A DNA stretch of 64,000 bases from Phaeosaccion multiseriatum. Taxonomy: Eukaryota > Protista > Ochrophyta, other classes. Position numbers and translations under genes: made by a program. Below, piece by piece: positions 49,739-61,131 of this stretch. The notes beneath the pieces are model-generated. The model ran no database searches, was not told the DNA's origin, and saw only the letters and a program-made list of their open reading frames with translations. Location: contig OZ218954.1 of assembly GCA_965112735.1 (NCBI GenBank), positions 310,001 to 374,000 of the forward strand, given 5' to 3'. Position 1 is the first letter of the stretch; the number at the start of each line of letters is the position of its first letter.

Positions 49739-50322
49739 TCTCTCCCTCCCTCCCTCTCTCTCTCTCCCTCTCTCCCCATCTCACAGCTGGCTCACCTGTA
49801 TCGAAGCACCACCAGTCGTCCTCGTTGTTGGTAAAGACGCTTCCTCCCTTCTGCGTTCCCCGAAACTTGCGCCACACGATCCCGTCCGTACTTTCCGCCC
49901 TCCCCATTCGCCCCACCCCCTGGCGGTCTCGCCCTGCATACCTTGGGTTGTTATAGGACACAGGACAGAGTAGAGGTGTATGGGCAGAGGTATATGGGCA
50001 GGGTGGGGTAGGTTAGAGGTGTATGGGAAGGGAGAGGTGATGTGTAGGCAGGGGCAGGGTAGAGTAGAGGAAACAGGACGCAGAAAAAGACTGACAAGAC
50101 AAAACAAAGGGGTGGGGTAAGGAAGAGGTCAATACTGAAACTGAAACTATCCCCTCCCCAACTGCTGAGAACTGAAAATCGAACTCACCACATGACCCAT
50201 TTCTGTTGCCATCGTCCAACCGATTCGTCAGCAGCGGTAGCGCCAGGAGCAGCATGTAGTAGCAGTAGCAGTAGTAGTAGTAGTAAGTAGTAGTAGTAGC
50301 AGTAGTAGAAGTAGTAGTAGTA

Positions 50323-50389
<67 letters not shown>

Positions 50390-51487
50390 GAGGAGGAGGA
50401 GAAGGAAGAGGAGGTGGAGGGGGGGGGGGGGGTGCGAGGATATGGAGGGGTCGGGTGAGCAAAGCGGTATGAAGTTGGGTTGGCACATGACATTGATTGA
50501 TTGATTGGAGTCTGGGAATGTGCGATTGGAAAGGCAGTGCCCACCACGGGATGATTGGAAAGGCAGTGCCCACCACGGAATGGAGTGGAGGTGGGGCAGG
50601 AGCAAGAATCTAGAGCAGCCACAGGGATGAAGGACAAACACGGAGTGGTAAAGGACGGGAAGGTGGGGCAGGGAGGGAGGGAGGGGCAGAGAGGGAGGCA
50701 GGAAGGGAGGGAAGGAGGGAAGGAGGGAGAGAGGCAGGGAGGGAGGCAGGGAGGCAGGCAGGGTGGAGAAGGGAAGGCACCACGGGACTCCTGCTTCAGT
50801 GCACACCTCGCAGAGAACAACTCAGACCTCTCCTGCCGCTCATCCACTGCCATCCCCATGAAGTCGCTACACGCCCATGGATCAACCCCACTAAGTCGCT
50901 ACACGCCCCCATTCCTCCCTCGAAAATACTACAAACGTACTGTTAACCGATTCTCCGCACCAGGCCAGTCCACAAGGCCACTATCCATCCACTACACGCA
51001 TCAATCCATCCCCCTCTCCTCTCACACACCTCCCATCTCCCCTTAGCAACGTACCAAACCTCCTCACCTCTCCGTCCGGCTCTTGAAATCTTCGAACGCG
51101 GCAGTTCCCGATGGTGTGGTCGAATTGGTCTCCATCCTCACTCGTCTCGCCCTCTTCGTGCGGGGTGAAGATGACAATGTTGGACGGACTGCTCCCTTGC
51201 ACCCACTCCTCAGCCGTAGGCGCGTCCACTGCTGCCGCCGACTCTGCTGCTGGCGAAGAAAACAAAGCGCTCCCCATCTGCTGCCGAATGGAGGTGGGGG
51301 AAGGAGGCGTCCTTGGTCGGGTAGCATGACCATCGCGGCTGCTACTGCTCCTGCTGCTGCTCCTGCTATTAATTGCGCTGATGCCTCTCACCCCGTTAAG
51401 GAGGGCAGCAGACGGAGTAAAGCCATCCACCAAGCTCGGCACCACCGCAGCGGCGAGAGCACCAGCAGCTATAACATGAACCCGCAT
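46094..51487 (-). CDS. Plastid-targeted five-bladed beta-propeller glycoside-hydrolase-like protein (GH32/43/130-like fold)
   Basis: Exons (-): 51487-51068, 50202-50189 (14 nt), 49941-49796, 49115-49065, 48890-48696, 48386-48345, 48082-47975, 47637-47477, 47109-47000, 46643-46597, 46212-46094 (470 aa, in frame). Five blade-end motifs AESTDGIVW, ALSSDGVNF, ASSKDGLKW, ATSVNGEAW, ATNNDLTKW; WWCFDT and RIEGEH motifs; signal peptide ending DG-FTP. Confidence 0.88.
46430..46575. repeat. ~20-21 bp degenerate tandem repeat (TAAAACCCATTAACCACTCC), ~7 copies, intronic
   Basis: Direct reading. Confidence 0.8.
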
Positions 51488-51733
51488 CGTCACAATATCA
51501 CAATCAACGAGCTCAACCAAATGGCCATCAACTGCCATCGCCTCTTTTCCCACCCGCTCGAGATCTCGACCCACCCGCTTAAAACAATCTCTTTTTTATT
51601 TCCCTCTCTCCCCCTGTCTCTCTCGCTCTCGCGCGCGCTCTCTCTCTCTCCCTGCCGTCTCTGCCTCTCAATTCACTCTGTGGTCATTCCTCTTACCATA
51701 GGTACACTGCTATAGCACCACGATTAGGAAGGC
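51488..51733. promoter_or_regulatory. Short divergent promoter region, beta-propeller / TPR gene
   Basis: About 245 bp between outward-facing ATGs; CT-rich. Confidence 0.5.
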
Positions 51734-52868
51734 ATGACTGTGAACTACGACAAGTGGGATCGGTTCGCAGTGGACGATGCCCTGGACGAGGCGGCGAGGC
51801 AGGACAAGCGCGAGGAGGAGGCGCGGGAAGTCGCGCAGCTCCAGCAACAGCGCAGCGAGGCAGAGCTAGACACTCTCAGTCGGACGGCCTTTGCCTCGGC
51901 GGCGCTCAAGAGTAAGGCCGCGGTGGAGAGGCTGAAGGGAGGTGGATCGGCAGGCGGGGGAGCAGTAGCTGGGGGGAGGAGGAAGGGGCGAAGGAGTGGG
52001 CCGGGGAGGACACTTGTGCCGTCAACGGCAACAACAGCAACAAGAGGAGAAGATGAGAGTGCTGCTGCGGCTGCTGCTGATAACGAGGACGCCGACGGTG
52101 TATGGAGCCTGCAACGCCTGGCCGATGCGGCGGAGCAGGTAACAATAGGGCTCACCAACGCACTACGACTGCGCAATGAGAGCAGGTAAATAAGTTCATG
52201 CGTGTGCGTGGGGCGGGGAGGGCGTATCAAGAGGACCGCAGGGCAGTCGCTCTCTCATTTTCTCACCCTCTCACCCCCACATTCACTCCCACACTCCTTT
52301 CTTCCTCAATCTCTCTCGTATTACTCGTCTCCTCTTTCACGCACACACACCCCTTCCTTCGTATCTCTCTCGTATCTCTCTCTCTCTCTCTCTGTCACAT
52401 ACTCACTCCTTCCTCCCTAGCGAATTGGGACAGCAGAACGACCACTCTGCCGCCATGGAGAGGGCTCAGCGCGCACTCAAGGAGCTTGACGGCATTGCTC
52501 CTCTGCTGCGGCGAAAGACGGCCGCAGAAGAAGAAGAGGAAGAAGCTCAAACTGAAACGCAAACTCATGAAGCGCATCAGCATCATCACCATCATCATCA
52601 TCACGACCATCACGACCATCACGACCATCACGAGAAGGGGGAGAGTCAAAGGAAGGGCACACAATGCAACAAGGGGAGTGAGACTGGCGGCAACGGGCAA
52701 CACGAAGGTCACTCACATGGACACCACGAGCACAGTCGGGGGGGAGGAGGAGGAGGAGGAGGAGGAGGAGGAGGAGGAGGAGGAGGAGGAGGAGGAGGAG
52801 GAGGAGGAGGAGGAGCGGGTTGCCAACACGAAGGTCATTCACATGGACACCACGAGCATAGTGGGGGT

Positions 52869-52899
<31 letters not shown>

Positions 52900-54996
52900 G
52901 TTGCAGTAGTAAGGCGATGGAGACACCGACCGCAGCACCCATGGCACCGGCAGTGGCGAGAGCCCAGGCAGAGGCCAAGACCGTTCTTAAGAAGGGGAAG
53001 AACGCCGCAGGTATGGCCAGCCTTCTCCGCAGAGACTGCACCAAGAGCATCGGTTGCCATCTGATGCACCTGGGGCGTTTGGGGGGCGCCTCCGAGAGTT
53101 TCCGTGACGTGCTATTGCTTGAGGGGGGCACAGACGACGTGAGTGCGTGGGTGGGGAGGGGAAGGTGTTTCCGAGAGATGGGCGTGCCGTTGTTGGCGGA
53201 GTTGCATCTGAACCAAGCGACTACGGCGGCTCGGAAACTGGGCATTGATGTGGAGGCGGATGAGGATCTTGTTGAGGAGAGGAGGAGGACGGAAGCCATG
53301 TGGGAGGAGGGGGGTGTACCACCAATTGCTGTACCACCAACTGCTGTACCACCAGTGTCTGAGGGCGACAGGAGTAGTGAGGTCGTCCGGCACCACTTCC
53401 CACCGCCTCCTCCTGCTGATGATGAAGAGGAGAATGAGGAGGGTTTCAGAGTCGAGAAGGAGAAGAAGGAGGGGGAGAACGAGGAGGGCTTCCGAGTAGA
53501 GGTGGACAAGGAGAAGAGGCGTCTCATGGCAGCGGCGATAGAGGCATACCATGAGGGGGTGGTGCTTCAGCAGGAGCAGTTCTTGCTCTCCTCTGCCAGC
53601 AAGTTCGAGCAGGCTCTGAGTCTCTTGGACAGGTATCATGGCTGCTTGGCGGCGGGGGAGGGAGGCGGAGGAGGAGGAGGAGGAGGAGGAGGAAGAGGAG
53701 GAGGAGAAGGAGGAGGAGGAGGAGGAGGAGGAGAAGGAAGAGGAGGAGGAAGAGAAGGAGGAGGAGGAGGAGAAGGACAAGAAGAAGAGGGTGCGGGGGG
53801 GGGGGCAGGAGTGAGTGGGACAGGAGGACAACGACGACGACGACGACGAGGAGGAGGAGGAGAAGGAGAATGGACTCCGACAGCCGCTGACACCCCCCTG
53901 GTGGAGTTGACTGTGGCGTGTCACCTGAACATTGCTGCGGTGGGGTTGCTGCGGCAGAGGGGCTATCCTCGAGTCATCCACCATTGCTCCAGGGTACTGC
54001 AGCTGCAGCAGTTGGTGGTACAGCAGCAGCAGCGGTACAACAACAGCAGCAGCGTCGTCGCGTTTCTAAGGAGGGCGCAGGCCCAGAAGGAGGTAAGTCA
54101 GTGAGAATTGGATGTAAAGCAGCAACCATGTCTCCTCCACTGCCATCCTCCTCCTCCTCCACCACCACCATGTCTTCCTTCTCCTCCTCGCCCTCCTCCC
54201 TCCTGCGCCTATGTGTGTGTGCGTGAGTGTGTGTTTGTGTGTGTCCGTGATGTGTGTGTGTGTGTGTGTGTTTGTTTTGTGTGTATACATGGGTAGGTGT
54301 GCGTGTGTGTATGTTTGAGTGTATGTGTGTGTGTGAGCAAGAGAGAGAGAGAGACAGAAAGAGCAAGTGCATGTGTGAGCGAACATGTGCGTATGTGCGC
54401 GTGTGTGATGTGTGTGTATTTGTGTGAGAGTATGTTTGTGCGTGGATGCGTATTGTGTGTATGGCAGTCGCCAGAGAGGAGAGCCCCACACCGCGCCTGT
54501 CCCTGCAAGCTCCATCTCCCCAAGCATGTACTCATGGACTTCCACTGCCATCTCCCACCAACTCCATCCACTGCCATCTCCCACCTACTCCATCCACTGC
54601 CATCCCCCACCTACTCCATCCACTGCCATCTCTCACCTACTCCCATCCACTGCTATCCCCCACCTCCGCCCCGTCATGGAGCAGCTAGGGAGCTTCACAG
54701 CGGCGCTGCAGGACCTTCGGGACGCCGAGCAGCTCCTGCTACAGGACATGGAACTGGACCTCAAACTGGGAGGGGGGCGGGGGGCACCAGGAGGAGAAGC
54801 TCAGCAAGCCGCCGCTGGCACGGATGACGAGGCAGCAAACGCAGCAGCAGCAGCAGGAGGAGGAGGAGGTGAAAAGGGGGCTGCGGGCGGAGGGCAGGAG
54901 CGAAAGGCGGCAGTGACGCTTGAAAGCATTCGAAGAGCCATCGGCCATGTTCTCTTCTGCCTGCAGCACATGGGGAACGGCGAGGACGTGATTTGA
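51734..54996 (+). CDS. TPR-repeat protein with N-terminal YDKWD motif and His/Gly-rich insert
   Basis: Exons 51734-52185, 52421-54092, 54685-54996. TPR-like helices AWVGRGRCFREMG, ACHLNIAAVGL...VIHHCSRVL, AFLRRAQAQKE|LGSFTAALQDLRDA; starts MTVNYDKWDRF. Confidence 0.8.
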
Positions 54997-55626
54997 GTTT
55001 GAGTTTGGCTTGAGTTTGAGTTGGGAGTGGGAACACTTGTCGGTCTCGCGAGGGGAGGGAAAGGAGCAGGAGCGGCACTGAGCAGGAGCAGGCTAGTTCA
55101 GCTTCAGTTTGAGTTTGAGTTTGAGTTTCAGTTTCTTAGCCACTGTCTCTCTCTTTTAAATCTCCAACTTGGAATGGATGGAGAGATGGATGCTCTGTTT
55201 TAATTGACATACGCATTCCGTCTGGTCTATTCACATGTTCTGCCCGAACGACCCCGGAGTGTACCTGCCCTGGAGGATGGTGCCGCTGCCCGTCGCCTGG
55301 CCACCCATCACTGCATTGCCTACGCCTGGGCTCATTGACATACGACCAAAGACCGAGCGCCCGCCAACTTGCGCCTCAACGCTCCCCCGTACAGCATTCG
55401 CTTCTTGCCCCTCCAGCATGGCCTCACTGCCTGCCTGCTCCTCATACCAAGTCGATTTGAGGTATCGAGGTTCTATCGAGGTCGGCTTTCATCTCGATTT
55501 TCGTACATCACAAGTGAGCCTGTTCCTCATATCGACCTCCTCCTACCTGCTCCTCTACCTCTAACAATCGACCTCGACATTGGTCGAAAGTCAAACCTCG
55601 ACACCAGTCCAGACTTGGCCCTCGCC

Positions 55627-57832
55627 TCACCCACACAGCCTTTGTTTGTTGCTCTTCCACCACTGCCTGGCCTGCTCCTCGTCAAAGGCCCCTCTGTCGA
55701 ACATGACGGTGACCACTTGCTCCTTATGGGGAGGTTCGGTCCTCTTTCCCAGCAACAGTGACACTCCGCCGGATGGAGCAGCACCTGCACCCGCCACACT
55801 CGACGCAAGATCGGCGGCAGGGGCTCCTCCTGAGACATCTCCTGAGACGTCATCGAGGGAGAGAGGTGTAGAGGGAGGGAGGGAGGGAGGGACGGAGGGA
55901 GGGAGGGAGGGAGGGAATAGGAGAAACTGAGATACAAAGAGAAAGAGGGACACTCACGAAACACCTGAGATACCCTACCCCTGAGGCACCAAAAGTAGCA
56001 GCAGTAGCAGATCATCAGACCATCATCACCATCCACTGCCATCGCAATCGCCACAATACCATCGTCACAACCGTCACAACTGTCTAAAATGTCGTACCCA
56101 TACTCTTACCATCGCCCCCCCCCCCCCCCGGGTCGGCTCTCCTGTACATGGTGTCAGGTAGGAACAAACGCGCGTCGTGCACACGGAAGCGCCCCTTGTC
56201 GGCAGAGGACGTAGCTTCGTCGAAAAAAGCTCCTCCCCCCGGGTTCGCCACCTCCTCCCACCGCTTATGGGGAGGCATATGGAGGCCTCCGTCTCCGCGC
56301 TGGCCACCGGGGTCGAGATTGTTTCCGCTTCGAGGTGATGATGATGGCACAGCAGTTGGTGCTACAGCAGCAGTTGGTGCCCACGTGCCGTATGCGGGAG
56401 GAGGCGGTGCTATCCCTCCAGACTCGGAAACCCTCCTGCTTTCTCCTGTATCACCAACTGCTTCCTCCCTCTCCCACCAATGGCTGCTGCCTCTCCCCCT
56501 TCCGCTATCTGTGACTCCGCTGCCCCGTAGTCCGTCATGGCCACTGGCACCCTCCGTACCACCAACTGCCGAAGGCTGGTTTGGGGCGTCCCACCAACTG
56601 TTGCTGTCCAACACGCTGCTTCGCCGTCTCTCTCCACCCACTGCCATCCCTCCCCCTCCTCCTCCTTCTCCATAGGCTTCCTCCAGGTAGTAGCTGTTGT
56701 AGCCTCCCCCCCCACGACTGCCCTGCTGTTGTATCACCAACTGCCGCTGTTGCTCCTGCTGTTGCTGTTGCTGTTGCTGTATCACCAGCTGCTGTTGCTG
56801 TATCACCAACTGCTGCTGTTGATGCTGCTGCCGATGCCGAGCCTCCATCCTCCTTGCTTCTTCCCTACTCCGTCCTATGGCCAAAGCTTCGCTCCCCGTC
56901 CTGACACTCTGGTGCCCTGACTCATCGTACGGTGCTGTCATCTGTGAGGATACTACACGGTGTTGGGACCCGCGGTGCTCCCCCCCCGGGATGCCCCCCG
57001 GGGTGGACCTTCTCCTCCCCCCGGTTCTGGGACGAACAGCAGCTGAGGAGGAGGGTGAGGAGGGTAGCGTTTGCGGCACTGCGTAGGGGCTTTGCTGCTG
57101 CTGTATCACCAACTGCTGCTGCTGCTGCTGCTGGTGGTGGTGGTGGTGGTGCTGCTGCTGCTGCTGCCCATATGCCTGCTGCCTCCACCCAGTCTGTCCT
57201 GACCCTGCGTACCCTGCCCCTGAGCCGGGTCTCCCCCCCACCTCCCCGGTCCTGACACCCGACGAAGACGACGCCGACCGAGACCGCCGCCCTCGGACAA
57301 TGTCCCCTCCGGTGGCGGGCAAGGCGTCTGTGTGGCCGTGAGGAGTACTGGCCATCCCAGGTGGCCATCTGTGATGCTGCTGCTGCTGTATCACCAACTG
57401 CTGCTGTCCATGTCCCTGCTGCCCATATGTCTGCTGCTGCGGCTGCTGCTGCATCACCAGTTGCTGCTGCCACTGCCGCAGCTGCTGCTGCTGCTGCTGC
57501 TGCTGTTGGTCCTGTCCGGTAATGGCTGTATCACCAACTGCTGCAGCTGCTGCCTGTCGCTCGAGTACCCTCTCCACGGCGAGGCGATAAAAGTCGTCTT
57601 CGTGCACGTCGAGAGGCACCCCCAGGGGCGGCTCCATCCCACCCAGGGGGGGCTCCATCCCACCCAGGGGGGGCTCCATCCCACCCAGGGGGGGCTTCAT
57701 CCCACCCAGCGGGGGCTTCATCCCACCCAGGGGGGGCTCCATCCCACCCAAGGGGGGCTCCATCATCCCCACAGGATAGCCTGAAGCGGCGGCATTGCGC
57801 GGGTCAAGGCCGGCAGAGGCGTCTACACGCGC

Positions 57833-57867
<35 letters not shown>

Positions 57868-59961
57868 CACTTCTGCTTCCCCTACTGGGCATCAAGCCGG
57901 ACCCCTTACTACTACCTCTACTCCTACCACCGCCACCAGCTGCCATCCCCCCCCTGCTGCCATCTGTGACTCTCCTCCTCATCTGCCTACGTGCCTCGGC
58001 CACCTCCTCCCCTACCTCAAGGGCGGCCTGCACTATGGCTGCTTGCTTGGCCTCTTCGGCCCTCCTCCTTCCCATCCTTTGGACCTCTCTCTCCTTCTCC
58101 TGCCTCTCGTGACGCACGCGCTCACGCTCGGCCTGCGCTTTCGCCCGACACCAGCTACTCTCCCCCTTGGCCAGGGCCGATGCGGAATTCGATACGAATG
58201 TTGATGTCAATGTCGATTTCGATTTCGATGCCGGCTGCGGGTGGTGGTGATCTGGCTGAGTAGTTGGGTGGTCGCCAGACCCGCCAGCACCACCACTGCT
58301 GCACCTGCTGCGGCTTCTCCTGGCAGAACCACCACCACCACCACCACCACCACCACCACCACCATCACCCCCCCCAACTGCAGCAGTTGGTGGTACAGGA
58401 GGTCCAGCACTGCCATTGCCATTGCTGGAAAAGAGGGCCTCCAGCTCTGCCTCTTCGTCCCTGACCTTTGCCTCTCGGGCCTCTTGCAGTTTGCGCTTCC
58501 TGGCCTCCTCCCACTCCTCCTGCCTCTGCAGCATGGTCTTGTTCAACAGCTCCACCACTCGTAACTGCCCCGCCACCCCCCCGGGTCGTTTCGCCCCCGC
58601 CCCCCCGGGTTGTTGCGCTGTCACCAACCCTCCAGCCTCCCTCTCGCCCTCATGGACGTCGCCGGGGGGGGGTGCAGGAGGAGCAGCAGCCGAAGTTGGT
58701 GATAAAGCCGGTACAGCAGTCGGTGGTACAACCGGAATAGCAGTTGGTGATACCCCGTGGGTGGAAGTGACAATCATGGATGGCTTCTTGCCCCCCAGCA
58801 GGCTGTGCAGGGCCTTGCTGCCCCTCTCCCTGTGGCTCTTGGCCTGCAGGGGGGGCACCCCCTCGCTGCAGCGAGACGATTCGTCACTCGAAGAGCACGG
58901 ACACCCCTCCTCCTCCTTCTCCTCCTCATCCTCCTCATCCTCCTCCTCCTCCTCCTCCTCCTGCTCCTCCTCCTCCTCCTCCTCCTCCCGCTCCTCCTCC
59001 TCCTCCTCCTCCTGCTCCTCCTCCTCCTCCACCTTCCTTCCGCTCTCTGTCGAGGGGGTCATGCTCCCCCCCCCTTCCCCTTCCCCTCCCCCCTCCTCTG
59101 GGGCGGCCTCACCATGAACTGCCTTCCACCGCCGTAGCAACTCTCTTCCCTCCTCGTCGCGAGCGAGGGCCGCCAGCAGCTCAGGAGAAAAGTCTTCCTG
59201 AGCTGCTGCATCACCAACTGCTCCTGCTGCTCCTGCTCCTGCTCGGCGACTGCCCCTACTCGAGAATCGTCCTACTCCTCCATCCACTGCCATCCTCCCT
59301 CCTCCTCCCCCCCCCATCCAACCCCCTCGTCCTTCTCCTGTATCACCATCTTCTGCTGTACCACCAACCGCTGAACTTGAACAAAAGTGCGACCTCGGTA
59401 GCGGGCGAGCCTTGAACGCCCGTCTGCGAGCGTCCTCCTCCCTCGCCGCTTCTCTCCTCCTCTCCATCTCCTGTTGGCTCTCCAAGTGCCTCTGTACAGA
59501 GTGGAGAGCCTCCGGATCGAAGGGCTTTGTCTTGCTGTCGTTGCCAGCTGTAAACGTGTTGCCACTGTCCGTGCCATTTGTGACTCCTGCATTGACGTTG
59601 CCCGGGGCCTTTTCTCTCCTTCTCCTGCTGCTCCTCCTCTCCTCCATCACTGTCGTCCTTTGCTGCCTCAGCGTCGCCACACGAGGGATGAAGTCCTCGG
59701 GCACGATTAGACGTTTCGCCGCCGCCGCAGCAGCAGTTCGTGATATGGCAGCAGCATCATCATCGTTTGCCGCTCTCCTCTTCCCTCCTCCTTCTCCTCG
59801 TTGCATGGGCCCACCATGTCGTGTGGGTGCGTGCGCCGAGCCCCCTCTGTCCTGGCTCGACTGCGACTGAGGTTTCCGTGACCTCGTGTTGTTCCCCATG
59901 CTGAGGCGCTTCTTGGCCAGAGCCGCGTCGACCATGAGCTTGCTAAAGTCGAGGTCCGCCC

Positions 59962-59994
<33 letters not shown>

Positions 59995-61131
59995 GTCTCT
60001 CCACCCCCTCCTCCTCCTCCTCCTCCTCCTTCTCCTCCCCCGCCTCCTCCTCCTGCTGCTGTTGCTGCTGCCATGGCTCCACCCCACCTTCGCTCTCCGT
60101 TCTCTGCCTCATCCTCTTCCTCCTCGTGGTCATCACCATCCGTGCTTCCCCTTCTTCCCTTCCTCCTCCTCCTCCTGCTGCTCCTGTTGTATCACCAACA
60201 GCTGCAGAGACGCGATGTCTGCTGCCATCGCTTTGCAGAGAGCGACTAGTGCTCAATGGTAGCGACGATGTGTCACCAGCAGCAGTCGACGCCAGCTGAC
60301 CTCCCTCCGTCCGTGTGGGACCTGAGGTGGGCCTAGACGTAGTAATAGCAGCAGCTGCAGCAGCAGTTGGTGATACAGCACGCACTTGGCGGTTTTTCTT
60401 CTGCAGCCTCATGCGATCGTACGCCCTTAGCTTGTCATTGAGTGAGGAGCTACCTCCTGCCGCCATCGATCTGTGGAAAGTCTTTTCCGCCGATTCAGCG
60501 CCAGCAGCGACAGACTTTCCTCCTCCTCTTTCTCCCCCTCCTCGTCCTCTCTTTCCCTCCGGTTTGCCCTTTAGGCTCCTTTCACGTCCCCCTGCTCCTA
60601 CTGTTTGTGTCTCTGCTGCTTCTGACGTTGTTTTCTCTGCGCCTGTCGCTGTTTCTTCCCCTCCTCCTGGTCTCCTTCGTTCTCGTGGGTTGGAAGCTGG
60701 CTCCTTCTCCTTCACAAAACGATGCTGCCGCTGCTGCTGCTCCTCCTGCTTCTGCCGCTGCTGCTGGTACCGCCCAGGGATTATGACGTTATCTAAATAC
60801 TTCATGCCTGCCTCCACCGATTCAAACTCCGTCCTTGCATCGAGCATCTGTTGCTCCAGCTGCATCTGCTGCTGCTGTCCCTGCAACGGCAGCTTCTGCT
60901 TCACCTCTTCTTGCTGACTCCGCGTGTAAGAAGACGAGCCTGGACGCCACCCGTCGCTTGCTCTCGACACAGCCTGAGGTGGGACACGGAGGTGGGGTGG
61001 GAGTGAGGGGGGGCGGGGGGGAGGGGCCAGTAGATATCAGATGGAGAGGAGAAGATTGAGAGACAAGCAGAAGACCACACGAAGCGTCCACGAGAAGCAG
61101 AGAGAATATCAGCACTATCCCTTACCTTCAT
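55627..61131 (-). CDS. ~1,690 aa low-complexity/coiled-coil protein with an FKARPLP motif and a small conserved-looking C-terminal domain
   Basis: Exons (-): 61131-61126 (ATG AAG|GTAAGG), 60973-56110, 55841-55627 (acceptor uncertain; several phase-1 CAGs). 4.9 kb stop-free exon; C-terminus KGRFRVHDARLFLPDTMYRR...GVSLLLGKR...EQVVTVMFDRGAFDEEQARQWWKSN. Confidence 0.75.
57620..57768 (-). repeat. 21-bp coding minisatellite encoding (M[EK]PPLGG)x7
   Basis: ggctccatcccacccaggggg units inside the 4.9 kb exon. Confidence 0.92.

Noticed and set aside
3157-54685. Introns as a family of introner transposons
   Set aside because: Introns share only short words and microsatellites, not end-to-end similarity, uniform length or consistent terminal inverted repeats; ancient decayed introners cannot be excluded.
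55231-55564. ORFs between the converging TPR and giant genes
   Set aside because: Short, no recognisable motifs, and located in probable overlapping 3' UTRs.
55958-55980. Possible 23-nt or 7-nt micro-exon in the last intron of the giant minus-strand gene
   Set aside because: Either would break the phase needed to reach the conserved C-terminal frame; direct phase-1 splicing works.
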